This document shows, piece by piece, positions 47,722 through 57,691 of a stretch of 64,000 bases of DNA. The notes under the pieces are model-generated. The model made no database searches. It saw nothing but the letters and a program-made list of their open reading frames with translations, and was not told the origin of the DNA. The DNA is taken from contig DASPSR010000020.1 of NCBI GenBank assembly GCA_035623825.1, positions 64,001 to 128,000 of the forward strand. The letters are read 5' to 3'. Each line of letters starts with the position of its first letter. The stretch's first letter is position 1. The DNA is from Nitrospirota bacterium (lineage in GTDB: Bacteria; Nitrospirota; UBA9217). Position numbers and translations under genes: made by a program.

Positions 47722-48489
47722 TTATTTCATTGTCTTCTCTGTTTTGCGTTTATGCTCGACTGCCTCAGCCTGAATTCTCGTCTTGCATTCCGTGCAGATG
47801 AGATCCGGCGACGGTTTGCCGCAGGTAAGACACCGCCTGCCCTTGGAGGGCTGCAATCCCTCTGCCTTGAAGATCATCTCGAGGAATTCACTCTCCGTCA
47901 CATGGCCGTCCATGTGGAGGTTCTCCCCGAAGATCGTCTTGGGCAGAGTCTTAATATCATATTTTCTAATGAGCTCCGGGAAGTCGCTCGCAATGACAAT
48001 ATCGGTATAGATAATTTTGTTTTCGAGCGCCAGCCCTATGGCTGTTTCCGCCACCGGCCGGCATTGAGGGCAGTCACTTTCCACGTATACCTGTATCTTG
48101 ACGTCGCGTGAAAGATACTTCAATGTGCTCCTTATTTTCTCCGGGAACCATACTTTTTTCTCTGAAACAGCCAAGATCGTGTCGAAAAGCACTTCAAGGA
48201 ACACATCTTCGAGCAGTCCGGAAAAAGTGACCGCGTGACCCTCTCCTCCCTGAACGACGATGGCCGGCACCATCTTGATGTCGTACTGGCTGGTTTTATC
48301 CCGATCCATCACCATGTCGTACTCTTCAAGGGCGATTTTCGGTGAATGGGTCCTTATCGCGCGGACGAGTTTGCGGGCTTCAGGACAGGTTTCACACCCG
48401 ACATCGCGGGTGAAAAGGACCAGTCTGACAGGATTTTTCATATGAGCAAGCGCGGTATGTCTTTCGTTCGCCAGGCCCTCTTTTGTCAT
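47722..48489 (-). CDS. Two-domain thioredoxin-fold protein disulfide oxidoreductase with C-terminal Cys4 tail
   Basis: CETC and CPQC sites with cis-Pro loops (MVP, TLP); tail CLTC-x8-CTEC. Confidence 0.78.
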   Translation of the reverse strand: MTKEGLANERHTALAHMKNPVRLVLFTRDVGCETCPEARKLVRAIRTHSPKIALEEYDMVMDRDKTSQYDIKMVPAIVVQGGEGHAVTFSGLLEDVFLEVLFDTILAVSEKKVWFPEKIRSTLKYLSRDVKIQVYVESDCPQCRPVAETAIGLALENKIIYTDIVIASDFPELIRKYDIKTLPKTIFGENLHMDGHVTESEFLEMIFKAEGLQPSKGRRCLTCGKPSPDLICTECKTRIQAEAVEHKRKTEKTMK

Positions 48490-48654
48490 GGTCGCTCCAT
48501 ACGGTTCTCTTGTTTTATTTCCTATATTATATCAAATTTTCATAGACTGCTCAGGCACTAGAGCAAACTCATGAGAAAACATCTTGAATGGGTGAACTTG
48601 AATTGCTATAATGCCTCGGATTATCAGCAGACGGTCTTTGTGGAGGGTAAACGA

Positions 48655-48975
48655 ATGAAAAGCGTGATGGCAATCTCCATTCTCGCGGCCTGCCTGGTCA
48701 TTCCGCTCATCGCGCTTACGGACAAAGTTGGCGGCGGTGACCTGGCCTTCACGCCGAAGAACGCGGCGCCCGTCGTCTTCAGCCATGAAGTGCACGTGAT
48801 AGGAAAAGGCCTCAAATGCACGGGATGTCACTATCAGGTATTCCAGATGGCCCAAGGGTCTTACAAAATGGACATGAGCAGGATCAACAAGGGAGGCTTC
48901 TGCGGCAAGTGCCATAACGGGCGGAAGGCGTTCGATACGAAGGACGAGAAAAACTGCGGAAAATGCCACAAATAG
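48655..48975 (+). CDS. c7-type triheme cytochrome
   Basis: Signal peptide; VFSHEVH, CTGCH, CGKCHNG and CGKCH. Confidence 0.88.
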   Translation: MKSVMAISILAACLVIPLIALTDKVGGGDLAFTPKNAAPVVFSHEVHVIGKGLKCTGCHYQVFQMAQGSYKMDMSRINKGGFCGKCHNGRKAFDTKDEKNCGKCHK

Positions 48976-49096
48976 AGAATCAAGATTTCTTTAGACCGCG
49001 AGTTTGCTCCTAACAACCAGGGGCCTATTCGTGATATCCTTTCAATTGGAAACCCGTCTGTGAAACCACGCATGCTTCCCAGCGTCGGGGAGCGCT

Positions 49097-49816
49097 TCAA
49101 GGTATGTTGAGCAGTACTTCAGCAATCTCCTCGGGTCGCGAGACCATCATATCGTGACCCGCGTCGATCAAAACAGGTTTCACGCCGAGCCGGTCGGCGA
49201 ATACCCTCGTAAGCTCAGGCGGCAGGCTCTTGTCCCTCAGACCCAATATGTAGGTCTTCGGTATTTTCAGGCTGTAAAAGCGCTTGAGGGGGATCTTTTC
49301 AAAAAAAACCGCCAGCGGTTGAGGCGTCAGCTGTTTCAGGAAAGAATCTTTTTCTTTGCCGTCGGGCAGATCGGTGAAATAGAGTGGCCTGAGAGCATCG
49401 ATCGGTCCGTATATCTCTTTGGCCTGCCCCTCCATTTTGCGTAGCGTCTCCTGCCGCTCCTTTGTGAGCAGATCGATGAGCGCGTCGCCGTCGCGCGGCA
49501 CGACCGCCGCAAGGTAAACAAGATGGCGGATACGCTCCGGCACCTCTTCGACAACCCTGCTGATAATGATCCCCGACATACTGTGCCCTACGAGGACAAT
49601 ATCGGATATGTTCTTTTGTTTGATATAAGTAATAACGTCATCGATGTAGGCGCTCATGTCCACGCCCGACCGCTCGGCCGATCTTTTGCCATGGCCCGGA
49701 AGATCGATGGCGATCACCTTAGCGTCGTCGCCCCTCTTCTGGATGAGAGGGATAATGCGCTCCCACAGCCATGCCCCTCGCAAAGCCCCATGGATCAAAA
49801 GGTAGGTCTTCATCAA
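49097..49816 (-). CDS. Alpha/beta hydrolase (esterase)
   Basis: LIHGA, DLPGHG, GHSMSG and AGHDMM. Confidence 0.9.
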   Translation of the reverse strand: MMKTYLLIHGALRGAWLWERIIPLIQKRGDDAKVIAIDLPGHGKRSAERSGVDMSAYIDDVITYIKQKNISDIVLVGHSMSGIIISRVVEEVPERIRHLVYLAAVVPRDGDALIDLLTKERQETLRKMEGQAKEIYGPIDALRPLYFTDLPDGKEKDSFLKQLTPQPLAVFFEKIPLKRFYSLKIPKTYILGLRDKSLPPELTRVFADRLGVKPVLIDAGHDMMVSRPEEIAEVLLNIP

Positions 49817-50017
49817 ATTTCTCCGAGGAAACTTCGGCCTTCAGCCGGATAGGAATCGGATGCCTCAGTTTCCAGTCATTGCGCGCAAATTTTCGGAACG
49901 CTGAAATATTTACCGGAAGGCGCTCCCGCTTCGTGCGGTCTCACTACAGACGCTTGACATGAAGGCTCCGGTCATCCAATTTCGAGATCAATGAATATCC
50001 CGGGATGAAAGAGCTCG

Positions 50018-51175
50018 CTATTTTCTGCGTTCCTTCCGGTATCTTCTGTCTTTTCCACTTCGCCGTTCAGCGCCCTTATAGGCGGTATCTTTTGGTCTTC
50101 TGCGGTCCTCAGCCGTTCTCCGATTCCTGCGAGACCTCCGTTCTTTTTGCACCAGTTCGAGGAGATGGTCAAGCATCTCCTTTCTTTTTTCCGTAAGGAT
50201 ATTTTTATGCGTCGTATCGCTGCGAGTCTCCGTCGTTTTCAACTGGAATTCATAGTCTGAGATAAGCGAGACAAGAACCTGTTCGAGCTGCGTGAAGAGT
50301 TCCCTGCCATCCTCATAACTGCTGTTCTTTCTGCCCTTGATCTTCTTCGTCAGGGTGGTTATCTCGTGGGCCATCTTCATTGCATGGTCGTGGATGGCCT
50401 CGTACAGCCTCGTCAAGGCGTACACGTCTTCCCTGAGGAGAGCCGATATCTCCTTCGAAAGCACAGCAACGTCTTTTTTGACGGTTTCGAGGTACTGCTT
50501 GGTAATCGGACCGCGGCGCAAGGAGTCCTTGAGATGATCCTTGAAGTGTGTCTTGATGTCCTCGACCAGCTGGTTCTCTTCCTTCCGTCCGATCTGGAAG
50601 CCTACAAGGACCACGATTGAAGCTTCGCAGAGCTTTTCAATCTTGACCAGATTGTCGCTGACATACAGCGCTATGCTGTTCAGCTCATCGGACAATACCG
50701 CCCAGCGCTTCTTGAGCGCTGCGAGCGTTTCTTTCCGCTCGGCGGCCATCTCCCGCAGCCTGGCAAGCCTGACCGCGTGATCTTCGTTATTCTGGTTGAG
50801 CCTGCTCATGTCTTCTTCGGCTGACCTGATAAACGCTGCCGGCTTCTTGAAATCGAGCGTTATGAGCGCGTGCAAGAGATACTTATACTGCTCCACCGCC
50901 GACTTGAGGGCGGGATTGATGAATCGGGAATGGCTGAGCACCGTGTAGAACATTTTCCCCGGGAGATCATGTCTCGATGTCCCTTGCCGCTTATGAAGCT
51001 CGAACACCTGAACGTCTTTGAGCAGTTCACGATACGCTGTCAGATCATCGCCATGCAACTCCGGCCCACCGTTCTTTTTCGGGCTTTCGAGGAAATCACT
51101 GAGTTCTTCCTGCGATGGATAGAGGTCCGCGTTCGATTGAAAGCGAAGGCCGAATATGGTGGTTTCTGTCGTCAT
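50018..51175 (-). CDS. Hypothetical helical protein with Arg-rich [DE]RR-repeat tail
   Basis: 385-aa ORF, coiled-coil-like; tail ERRSRRNRRTAEDRR..ERRSGKDRR..ERRK. Confidence 0.65.
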   Translation of the reverse strand: MTTETTIFGLRFQSNADLYPSQEELSDFLESPKKNGGPELHGDDLTAYRELLKDVQVFELHKRQGTSRHDLPGKMFYTVLSHSRFINPALKSAVEQYKYLLHALITLDFKKPAAFIRSAEEDMSRLNQNNEDHAVRLARLREMAAERKETLAALKKRWAVLSDELNSIALYVSDNLVKIEKLCEASIVVLVGFQIGRKEENQLVEDIKTHFKDHLKDSLRRGPITKQYLETVKKDVAVLSKEISALLREDVYALTRLYEAIHDHAMKMAHEITTLTKKIKGRKNSSYEDGRELFTQLEQVLVSLISDYEFQLKTTETRSDTTHKNILTEKRKEMLDHLLELVQKERRSRRNRRTAEDRRRPKDTAYKGAERRSGKDRRYRKERRK

Positions 51176-51200
51176 GGGAATACCCGTCGTAAATGCGGCG

Positions 51201-51362
51201 TTAATGAATCATACAGAAATGAAGGTCCTCGGTCAAGAGGAGCGTTGCGATCGCGGAATTTTGGATGCGAACTCGTGCGGATCCCCTCTGGAGCAGAAAA
51301 TCTCCGATCCTCCGCTGTTCCTGGGCTTCATCGTCCATGATCAGTACACGTGCTTCGTTCAT
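51201..51362 (-). pseudogene. Receiver-domain N-terminal fragment
   Basis: MNEARVLIMDDEAQEQRRIGDFLLQRG, then divergence and a stop at 53 aa. Confidence 0.45.
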
Positions 51363-51473
51363 CTGATACCCGATGCCTTCCGTTTCAATGATATATCGTG
51401 CACTCTTCGTCCTGCGGGGTCATGTTCAGGACAACGTACGGGTAAGTGCCGCGGAATCCTTCCCGTTCCATGT

Positions 51474-52430
51474 TTACTGCCCCTTGCTCACTCTCCCATG
51501 CAGGTCCATGATGATCCCTTCTCTTAAGCCCCAATCGCTTACGATCATCTTGGTATACCCATATCGCTCCATGATTTCCTTTGCGACCACCGCTCCTGCC
51601 AGAATGATATCTTCGCGGCCGGACTCGATCCCGGGAAGACGTTTACGCTCCTCGAGCGTGCTCGTGCTGAGGATGTCGATTATTCCATCTATTGCGTCAC
51701 GGGTCAGGATGAAACGGTTGATCTTCTCAGGATCATATTCCGTCAGTCCCTGCTCCATAGCGGCAAGCGTGGTCACTGTACCAGCGGTGCCGGCGAAAAC
51801 GCCTGCGGGCTCCGTACCTATTATGCTGTCATGAGCGCTTAGTTCATCATTGACTGAACGCCTGAGCATAGCGAGTTCTTCTTGAGTCGGAGGATCGTGT
51901 TTGATGTACCGTTCCGTCAGGTACACCGCACCAAGCGGCATGCTTACCATCACCGCTTCCATTCCCGGGCGGGTCATGATGATCTCGGTGCTGCCGCCCC
52001 CAATGTCGATAACGAGGGAGGACATCAGGGGATCGTCCCCGCCTTTGGCGCCGGCGCCTCTTAGTACGGCCGAGACACCGAGGAGCGTGAGCCTTGCCTC
52101 CTCCTCGCCCGTGATCACGCTGATCTCGAGACCGACCCTCTTCCTTACATCATGTATGAACTCTGGGGTATTTGATGCCTTTCTGAGAGCGCTCGTGCCT
52201 ATCGTCTCAGTATGAAGCGCATGGTGTTTACGTATGCTGTCTTGAAAATCAAGGAGTGCGCTCATGGACCGTTCCCACGCGTCACGGGAGAGCATGCCCG
52301 TACGATCAAGGTCTTGTCCTAGACGTGTGATTCTTCTTTCGGAGCAGATTTCATGGAACGAATCAGGCCCGGTCTCGGCCACGAGCAGACGGAGTGTATT
52401 CGTGCCTATATCGATCCCCGCAAGGATCAT
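51474..52430 (-). CDS. ppx: Ppx/GppA family phosphatase
   Basis: IDIGTNT, TSALR, EEEA, DIGGGSTE and GLREG. Confidence 0.9.
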   Translation of the reverse strand: MILAGIDIGTNTLRLLVAETGPDSFHEICSERRITRLGQDLDRTGMLSRDAWERSMSALLDFQDSIRKHHALHTETIGTSALRKASNTPEFIHDVRKRVGLEISVITGEEEARLTLLGVSAVLRGAGAKGGDDPLMSSLVIDIGGGSTEIIMTRPGMEAVMVSMPLGAVYLTERYIKHDPPTQEELAMLRRSVNDELSAHDSIIGTEPAGVFAGTAGTVTTLAAMEQGLTEYDPEKINRFILTRDAIDGIIDILSTSTLEERKRLPGIESGREDIILAGAVVAKEIMERYGYTKMIVSDWGLREGIIMDLHGRVSKGQ

Positions 52431-52879
52431 TCGATCAGCATGTCCTTAAGCTTGGTGCTATAGGCCTTCACGCGCATGGCAAGCAGTTTCGCGATCGTCA
52501 TTGCAACGCGTGCACCGGTCCTCGGGTCAAGTTCGACCAGTGCCTGGAAATCCTTTCTCGTGAGCAGGAGGAGTTCTACCGGCGTCTCGGCCCGTGCCGT
52601 CACCAGCCTGCTCTCTTCCTGCAGCAGAGCGAGTTCTCCGAAAAACTCTCCCGGCCCGAGCATGAGAAGGGGCTTTTCCTCACCCTCCCCTGCCATGATG
52701 CTGATCCTGACAATCCCGCTTTTTATGATATAGAGGGCCTCGGCAGGCATCTTTTCGGTAAAGATATTCGTATTCTGCTTTATCTGGCGCTCCTGGAACA
52801 ATCCGGAAGCAAGCTCGATCTCTTCATTGCTGCTGCCCTTGAAGAGCACGGTTTTCTTTATAAGTTCCAGGTTATCCAT
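52427..52879 (-). CDS. Stand-alone cyclic-nucleotide-binding domain protein
   Basis: LYIIKSG and GEFFGELALL..R; no HTH. Confidence 0.85.
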   Translation of the reverse strand: MDNLELIKKTVLFKGSSNEEIELASGLFQERQIKQNTNIFTEKMPAEALYIIKSGIVRISIMAGEGEEKPLLMLGPGEFFGELALLQEESRLVTARAETPVELLLLTRKDFQALVELDPRTGARVAMTIAKLLAMRVKAYSTKLKDMLIE

Positions 52880-52961
52880 TGTGGCCCCTGCAGTGACTTT
52901 AGGTTAAATAAAACACATGGTTGCATTATAAGTACGCACCTATAATTTGTCAAGGAATAGC

Positions 52962-54407
52962 TCATATCTCCTCCGGCGCGGCCATGATCACTTTCCGCTC
53001 CAAGAGGACCACCAGGCCCGGTTTCGCCCCCCGGGGTTTCTTTACGAACCGTGCGTGTGCATAGGTGATTGGGACTTTTGCCGCTTTCCTGCCCTTGCTG
53101 TAAAACGCAGCAAGCGACGCTGCTTTCATGAAAACATCCTCCGGAATATCGGTGCGGCCCGGGTTCCGGATCAGCACGTGAGAACCGGGCATTCCCTCGG
53201 CATGCAGCCAAAGGTCGTCGGGACGGGCAAGTTTCGTCGTGATGTAATCATTGCCCAAAGCACTTTTACCCACGAGCACTTCCCATCCCAGGCACAGGAT
53301 CTTTCTGATCGGCACTCCCTTTGGCTCGGACCTGGCCGCATTCGCTCCATTCCCGCGCTGCATGATATAGCGCCTTACTACAAGTTCTGAATGGATCCGG
53401 ACAAGACCTTCACGGTCAGGGGCGTGATCGATGTCGATCGACACGGATTTCAGATAAGATGCCTCTTCTTGCGAATGTTGCAGTCGCGTCGATATGATCT
53501 CGCGGCCCGCCTTCGCTTTCTTATATTTCTTGAAATATCTCTCGGCATTCTGAGCGGGAGAACGTTGCGGTTCGAGTCGCACCGCGACCATACGGCCATC
53601 GTAACCGGCAAGTTCCGCGTGCTTCATGCCCGTTGCCAGCTGCCCGATATGTGACAGGATCAGTTCTCCTGCCTGCCTGTACTCATCGGCACGGTCTGCA
53701 GAACGAAGGTCCTCGGAAAGAGCGGTTATCCTTCGTTCCACCTTTGACCGTGCCTGCCGGACGACCGTGGAGAGACGGGTACGGAGCGATGCAACATCCC
53801 GCTGCTCGATGAGACGCTCATAGAACGCTTCTGCGGCCCTGTTGAATGCCCGATCAGCGTCGTCCACGGGGGCAGACGTCCCTTCGGTCGCATCGGGCGC
53901 CCTTTTTCCTGAAACTGCGCCATGAGGTCGTTTTGCAGGTACGACATACTGGAGCCCCTGCAAGAGCGGGCGGCTGACGTTCTCTGCGAATGCAACCGCA
54001 TGACGGACGGCGAGGATGGAATATGATGCATCGGTCAGAATGAGATTGGCCGAGGACCCCGTCAGTTCAATGACAAGCCTATATTCTGCGCCTGCTTTTG
54101 AGAAGCGTATTTCCGCTATCCTGTCTTGATTCAGCAGTACGATGGCCGAAATTACCGCTCCCGTCACTCTGCTTTTGAGATATTGGGCGAACCCGGTCAG
54201 AGCATGAACCGCGGGTGGTTTCGCGCTGACGAGATGGAGCCTCGGCATTGACCGGTCCGGGGAAATGAGCAGGACCGCGTTGTTTCTCCGGCGATGAAGA
54301 ACAAGATAGAGTTCTCCGCCAAACCCCTGGTATAACCGGTCCACCCTCGCCCCAGTGATGAGAGTAGAAAGTTCATCTACGACCTTCTGAAGAATCTGAA
54401 AATCCAT
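52962..54407 (-). CDS. rqcH: RqcH/NFACT (FbpA-like) ribosome quality-control protein
   Basis: DRI..IELTG..NLIL, QNAERYFKKYKK and GKS..ND..DLWLHA..GSHV. Confidence 0.85.
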   Translation of the reverse strand: MDFQILQKVVDELSTLITGARVDRLYQGFGGELYLVLHRRRNNAVLLISPDRSMPRLHLVSAKPPAVHALTGFAQYLKSRVTGAVISAIVLLNQDRIAEIRFSKAGAEYRLVIELTGSSANLILTDASYSILAVRHAVAFAENVSRPLLQGLQYVVPAKRPHGAVSGKRAPDATEGTSAPVDDADRAFNRAAEAFYERLIEQRDVASLRTRLSTVVRQARSKVERRITALSEDLRSADRADEYRQAGELILSHIGQLATGMKHAELAGYDGRMVAVRLEPQRSPAQNAERYFKKYKKAKAGREIISTRLQHSQEEASYLKSVSIDIDHAPDREGLVRIHSELVVRRYIMQRGNGANAARSEPKGVPIRKILCLGWEVLVGKSALGNDYITTKLARPDDLWLHAEGMPGSHVLIRNPGRTDIPEDVFMKAASLAAFYSKGRKAAKVPITYAHARFVKKPRGAKPGLVVLLERKVIMAAPEEI

Positions 54408-54476
54408 ACACGTCGACAATCAGGCACTGTTTTCAAATTTTGAATCAAAATTTTATGATCGACACGATGTGCGACC

Positions 54477-55232
54477 TCATTGCACATGAAGAACTTTATG
54501 CACCTGGGGAATGACGCGCACATCTTGCAGTATCCGGAGGGCGGCATTCTGCAATTCAACCAGCGTAGCCGGCTCGGGAGCAAACCGGCCGCTCGCCGGC
54601 TGGATAATGAGAGGAATGGCGCCGTCAATACCCGCGATGATGTTCACTGATGTCATAATATCTTCGTACAACGTTTCCCGCGTCACTGCCAACTTTACAA
54701 AGACAGCTTTTCCGCGGACAAGGGAGAGAAACTTGCTGTGCTCATCCCAGAACGGCCCTAGGCCCGTTGCGGATGGAAGCTTGAAATCCATGCTTACTAC
54801 GTCGACCAGGTCCCGGAGATCATCCATTTCCCGGTAATGGATGCCACTGGTTTCGAGATATATTCTGAAATCCTGCCTGATGTTCGGCAGCCATTCTGCC
54901 AGGAAATGATGTTGCAGCAATGGCTCGCCGCCTGTCAGACTGAGCGTGGAATTGGAGGGTCCCCGTACGATCAGCCGCTTACAGAACTCCGTCATTTGCT
55001 GAGCGTTTAGGGGATTGGGAACGCGCTCGTACTCGGCGGAATCTGTTGATCGTTGAGCGCGACAGAACCCGGGCTGCCCTTGACCATCTTCTCGCTCGAC
55101 TGCATCTGGTGTATCGCAGTAGCGGCACCGGATATCGCATCCCATGAACCGTACGAAAATATGACGCTGTCCGACCCATAGGCCTTCACCCTGCACAGAA
55201 GAAAAAATTTCATTGACGTGTGCTTCCCTCAT
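54477..55232 (-). CDS. queE: 7-carboxy-7-deazaguanine synthase
   Basis: EIFSSVQGEG, GCDIRCRYCDT, TGGEP and IPQVHK. Confidence 0.9.
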   Translation of the reverse strand: MREAHVNEIFSSVQGEGLWVGQRHIFVRFMGCDIRCRYCDTPDAVEREDGQGQPGFCRAQRSTDSAEYERVPNPLNAQQMTEFCKRLIVRGPSNSTLSLTGGEPLLQHHFLAEWLPNIRQDFRIYLETSGIHYREMDDLRDLVDVVSMDFKLPSATGLGPFWDEHSKFLSLVRGKAVFVKLAVTRETLYEDIMTSVNIIAGIDGAIPLIIQPASGRFAPEPATLVELQNAALRILQDVRVIPQVHKVLHVQ

Positions 55233-55376
55233 ATTCGCAATAATACAGGACAAAAAACCGAAATACAAGGGCAGGCCAGAAAAACACTCATCCGGCTCTT
55301 CTCCGGTGCTAAAGATTTTTAAAAAAAATCCGAAAATAGTATTATGAAAGTATTCTTACACTTGTCTTTTTCCTGC

Positions 55377-55405
55377 TTGACAAACAAAAGCAAATCATGT
55401 AACTT
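55377..55405 (+). promoter_or_regulatory. Sigma70-like promoter of mltD
   Basis: TTGACA-17 nt-TAACTT. Confidence 0.55.
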
Positions 55406-55426
55406 AATAACTAAGTAGGAGGAAAA

Positions 55427-56764
55427 ATGTCACGCAGAATTGTCCTTATTTTTCTTGCACTTATCTTCGTTATGCTGCCTTTTTCACGACTTTATGCACA
55501 GGCTGCGATATCTCCATCCGAGGTCTTGACCGAGGTTCCCCCTCAATTAAAACCGCCCTCCGAGGATGTAGCCCAATTGGATGAAGTCATGGATGATTGG
55601 GCGGATGATAAAATCTACAATATCCCCGTGATCCTGAACGACAGCGTGGAAAGCCAGATGGAATACTTCAAGTCACGAGGTAGAGACATTTTCCAGCTCT
55701 GGCTCGACCGCTCTGCCAGATATATTCCTGTCATGAAGGATATCTTCCGTGAGAAGAACCTGCCGGAGGATCTCGTCTATGTTGCCATGATCGAGAGCGG
55801 GTTTAATCCTTACGCTGTATCATGGGCGCGGGCGGTGGGACCGTGGCAGTTCATGCCTTCCACTGGCAAGCTGTACGGCCTCAAGATCGACTGGTGGATA
55901 GATGAACGCAAAGACCCCATTAAGTCGACGCAAGCTGCGGCAGAGCACCTGAAAGACCTTCATGATCTCTTCGGTTCTTGGCCACTTGCCCTGGCCTCTT
56001 ACAATGCGGGCGCCGGCAAGGTGCAGCGCGCCGTGATCAGAACTCGCTCCGATGACTTCTGGGACCTCAAAGCATCCCGGTTTATCAGGAGCGAGACCAA
56101 GAATTACGTGCCCAAATACATGGCCGCTATGATCATCGCCAAGAACCCCGAGGCATACGGTTTCAGCCTGATGAATGTCGCGCCGTTCAAATACGACGAA
56201 GTGGTCATCAATGAGAGCACGGACCTCCGTCTCATCGCACGCTGCGCCGGCTGCACTTACGAAGAGATCAAGGAACTAAACCCGGAGATTAAACGGTGGG
56301 TGACGCCGCCGCAGTACAAAGACTATGTGCTGAGGATCCCGCCCGGAAGCAAAGAAGCCTTCCTGGCGAACTTTGCCGCGATCCCTCCTGAGCAGAAAAT
56401 AACATGGGAACGTCATGAAGTGACCCGGGGCGAGACTCTTGCGGGACTCGCAAGGCAGTACAATACGACCCCCGAGGCCATCCGCGACATCAACGGCCTC
56501 ACGAAGAACCGTATCACGCCCGGCAAACACCTGCTCATTCCCGTTGACATCAACAGCAAGGCGCAGGACGTGAGTTTACTCCCACCCGGACAGGGCGCCA
56601 AACAGCAGATCGTCTACCGGGTCAGACGAGGTGAAACGCTTACGAAGATCGCGATCAAGCACAATGTAAGCGTCGCAGACATCAGGGAGTGGAACAAAGG
56701 TATCGGCAAATCCGTGCGTGCGGGGCAGAAGATAAAGCTCGTCGTAGACGTTGATCAGATATAA
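55427..56764 (+). CDS. mltD: Lytic transglycosylase with LysM domains (MltD-like)
   Basis: IESG, GPWQFM, ASYNAG, ETKNYVPK and two LysM repeats. Confidence 0.88.
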   Translation: MSRRIVLIFLALIFVMLPFSRLYAQAAISPSEVLTEVPPQLKPPSEDVAQLDEVMDDWADDKIYNIPVILNDSVESQMEYFKSRGRDIFQLWLDRSARYIPVMKDIFREKNLPEDLVYVAMIESGFNPYAVSWARAVGPWQFMPSTGKLYGLKIDWWIDERKDPIKSTQAAAEHLKDLHDLFGSWPLALASYNAGAGKVQRAVIRTRSDDFWDLKASRFIRSETKNYVPKYMAAMIIAKNPEAYGFSLMNVAPFKYDEVVINESTDLRLIARCAGCTYEEIKELNPEIKRWVTPPQYKDYVLRIPPGSKEAFLANFAAIPPEQKITWERHEVTRGETLAGLARQYNTTPEAIRDINGLTKNRITPGKHLLIPVDINSKAQDVSLLPPGQGAKQQIVYRVRRGETLTKIAIKHNVSVADIREWNKGIGKSVRAGQKIKLVVDVDQI

Positions 56765-56798
56765 CCAAAAGACTGCTTAAAGAGCAATGTTACGAACA

Positions 56799-56829
56799 AA
56801 AAGGCCGGATGCACATGCATTCGGCTTTT
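56799..56829. terminator. Probable bidirectional terminator
   Basis: AAAAGGCCGGATGCA-CA-TGCATTCGGCTTTT between convergent genes. Confidence 0.7.
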
Positions 56830-56916
56830 GTTATTGATCCAGGACGATTCCGTTCGGCATCCTGCGATACCGCTTCTCCCCGGCAGAAACGGTCGTAAAC
56901 GTCCCCGTCGGAAAAT

Positions 56917-57630
56917 TTATTTATCTGATTTTCCCGGGAACGGCTGTGGAACAGATTCGATTTTCTGGACTTTTCCTGTCGCCTCTATACCCCAGGACGT
57001 TCCGGCAAGCTTTTCAGAAACAATCTTGTATTTTCTTTGTGCCTCCACTACGTTCCCGGACGTCTCATAGAGCCTGGCAAGTTCCATTGTAGCGGGCCCG
57101 GGGCCCATGAGCGACTCGGACTGCTCGAACGATTTCATGGCGTCAGCCTGTTTACCGAGGGCATTGTACACATAGCCCATGCGCTGGTATACAAGACCGA
57201 GCAGCAATTTGTCGGCGGCATATTTTGTGACGAAAGTTTGATATTCCTTGATCGCCTCCTCGGGCCGGTTCAGGTTGACGAGGCAATTGCCGATATAGTA
57301 TTGGGCAACGGCACCGCTCATGGTGCCGGGATATTTTTTTTGGGCATCTCCGAAGAGCGCCAACGCTTTCCCGTAATCCGCACTTGCGCCCGCGGCAGAG
57401 CTGTAATATTCATACGCCGCAGCCAGAAGCGGGGCTGCCTTCTGTTCTTCCAGATTCTTCATGAGCCAGTATCCGGCAGCGATTACCAGAAGCACAGCAA
57501 GGGACGATAGCGTGATCGCCACTTGCTTCTTATAGGAGGACGCAAAGGATGATATCCTGTGCGCAATGCTCAAAATTTCCTGTTCCGGCTGCTTTTTTGT
57601 TGCGTATCCTTTTTTCTTGATTACGTGCAT
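56917..57630 (-). CDS. Membrane-anchored TPR protein (YfgM-like)
   Basis: One TM followed by TPR-like repeats (AQYYIGNCL..EAIKEYQ). Confidence 0.75.
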   Translation of the reverse strand: MHVIKKKGYATKKQPEQEILSIAHRISSFASSYKKQVAITLSSLAVLLVIAAGYWLMKNLEEQKAAPLLAAAYEYYSSAAGASADYGKALALFGDAQKKYPGTMSGAVAQYYIGNCLVNLNRPEEAIKEYQTFVTKYAADKLLLGLVYQRMGYVYNALGKQADAMKSFEQSESLMGPGPATMELARLYETSGNVVEAQRKYKIVSEKLAGTSWGIEATGKVQKIESVPQPFPGKSDK

Positions 57631-57691
57631 CTGCAAACCTCCGCATAGAATAAGATGCGATGGGGAAGGCCGACCCGCATTCCATCACGGT

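Noticed and set aside
52427-52879. This cNMP protein as the regulator of the TATGA boxes
   Set aside because: It is 150 aa long and lacks the C-terminal HTH domain.
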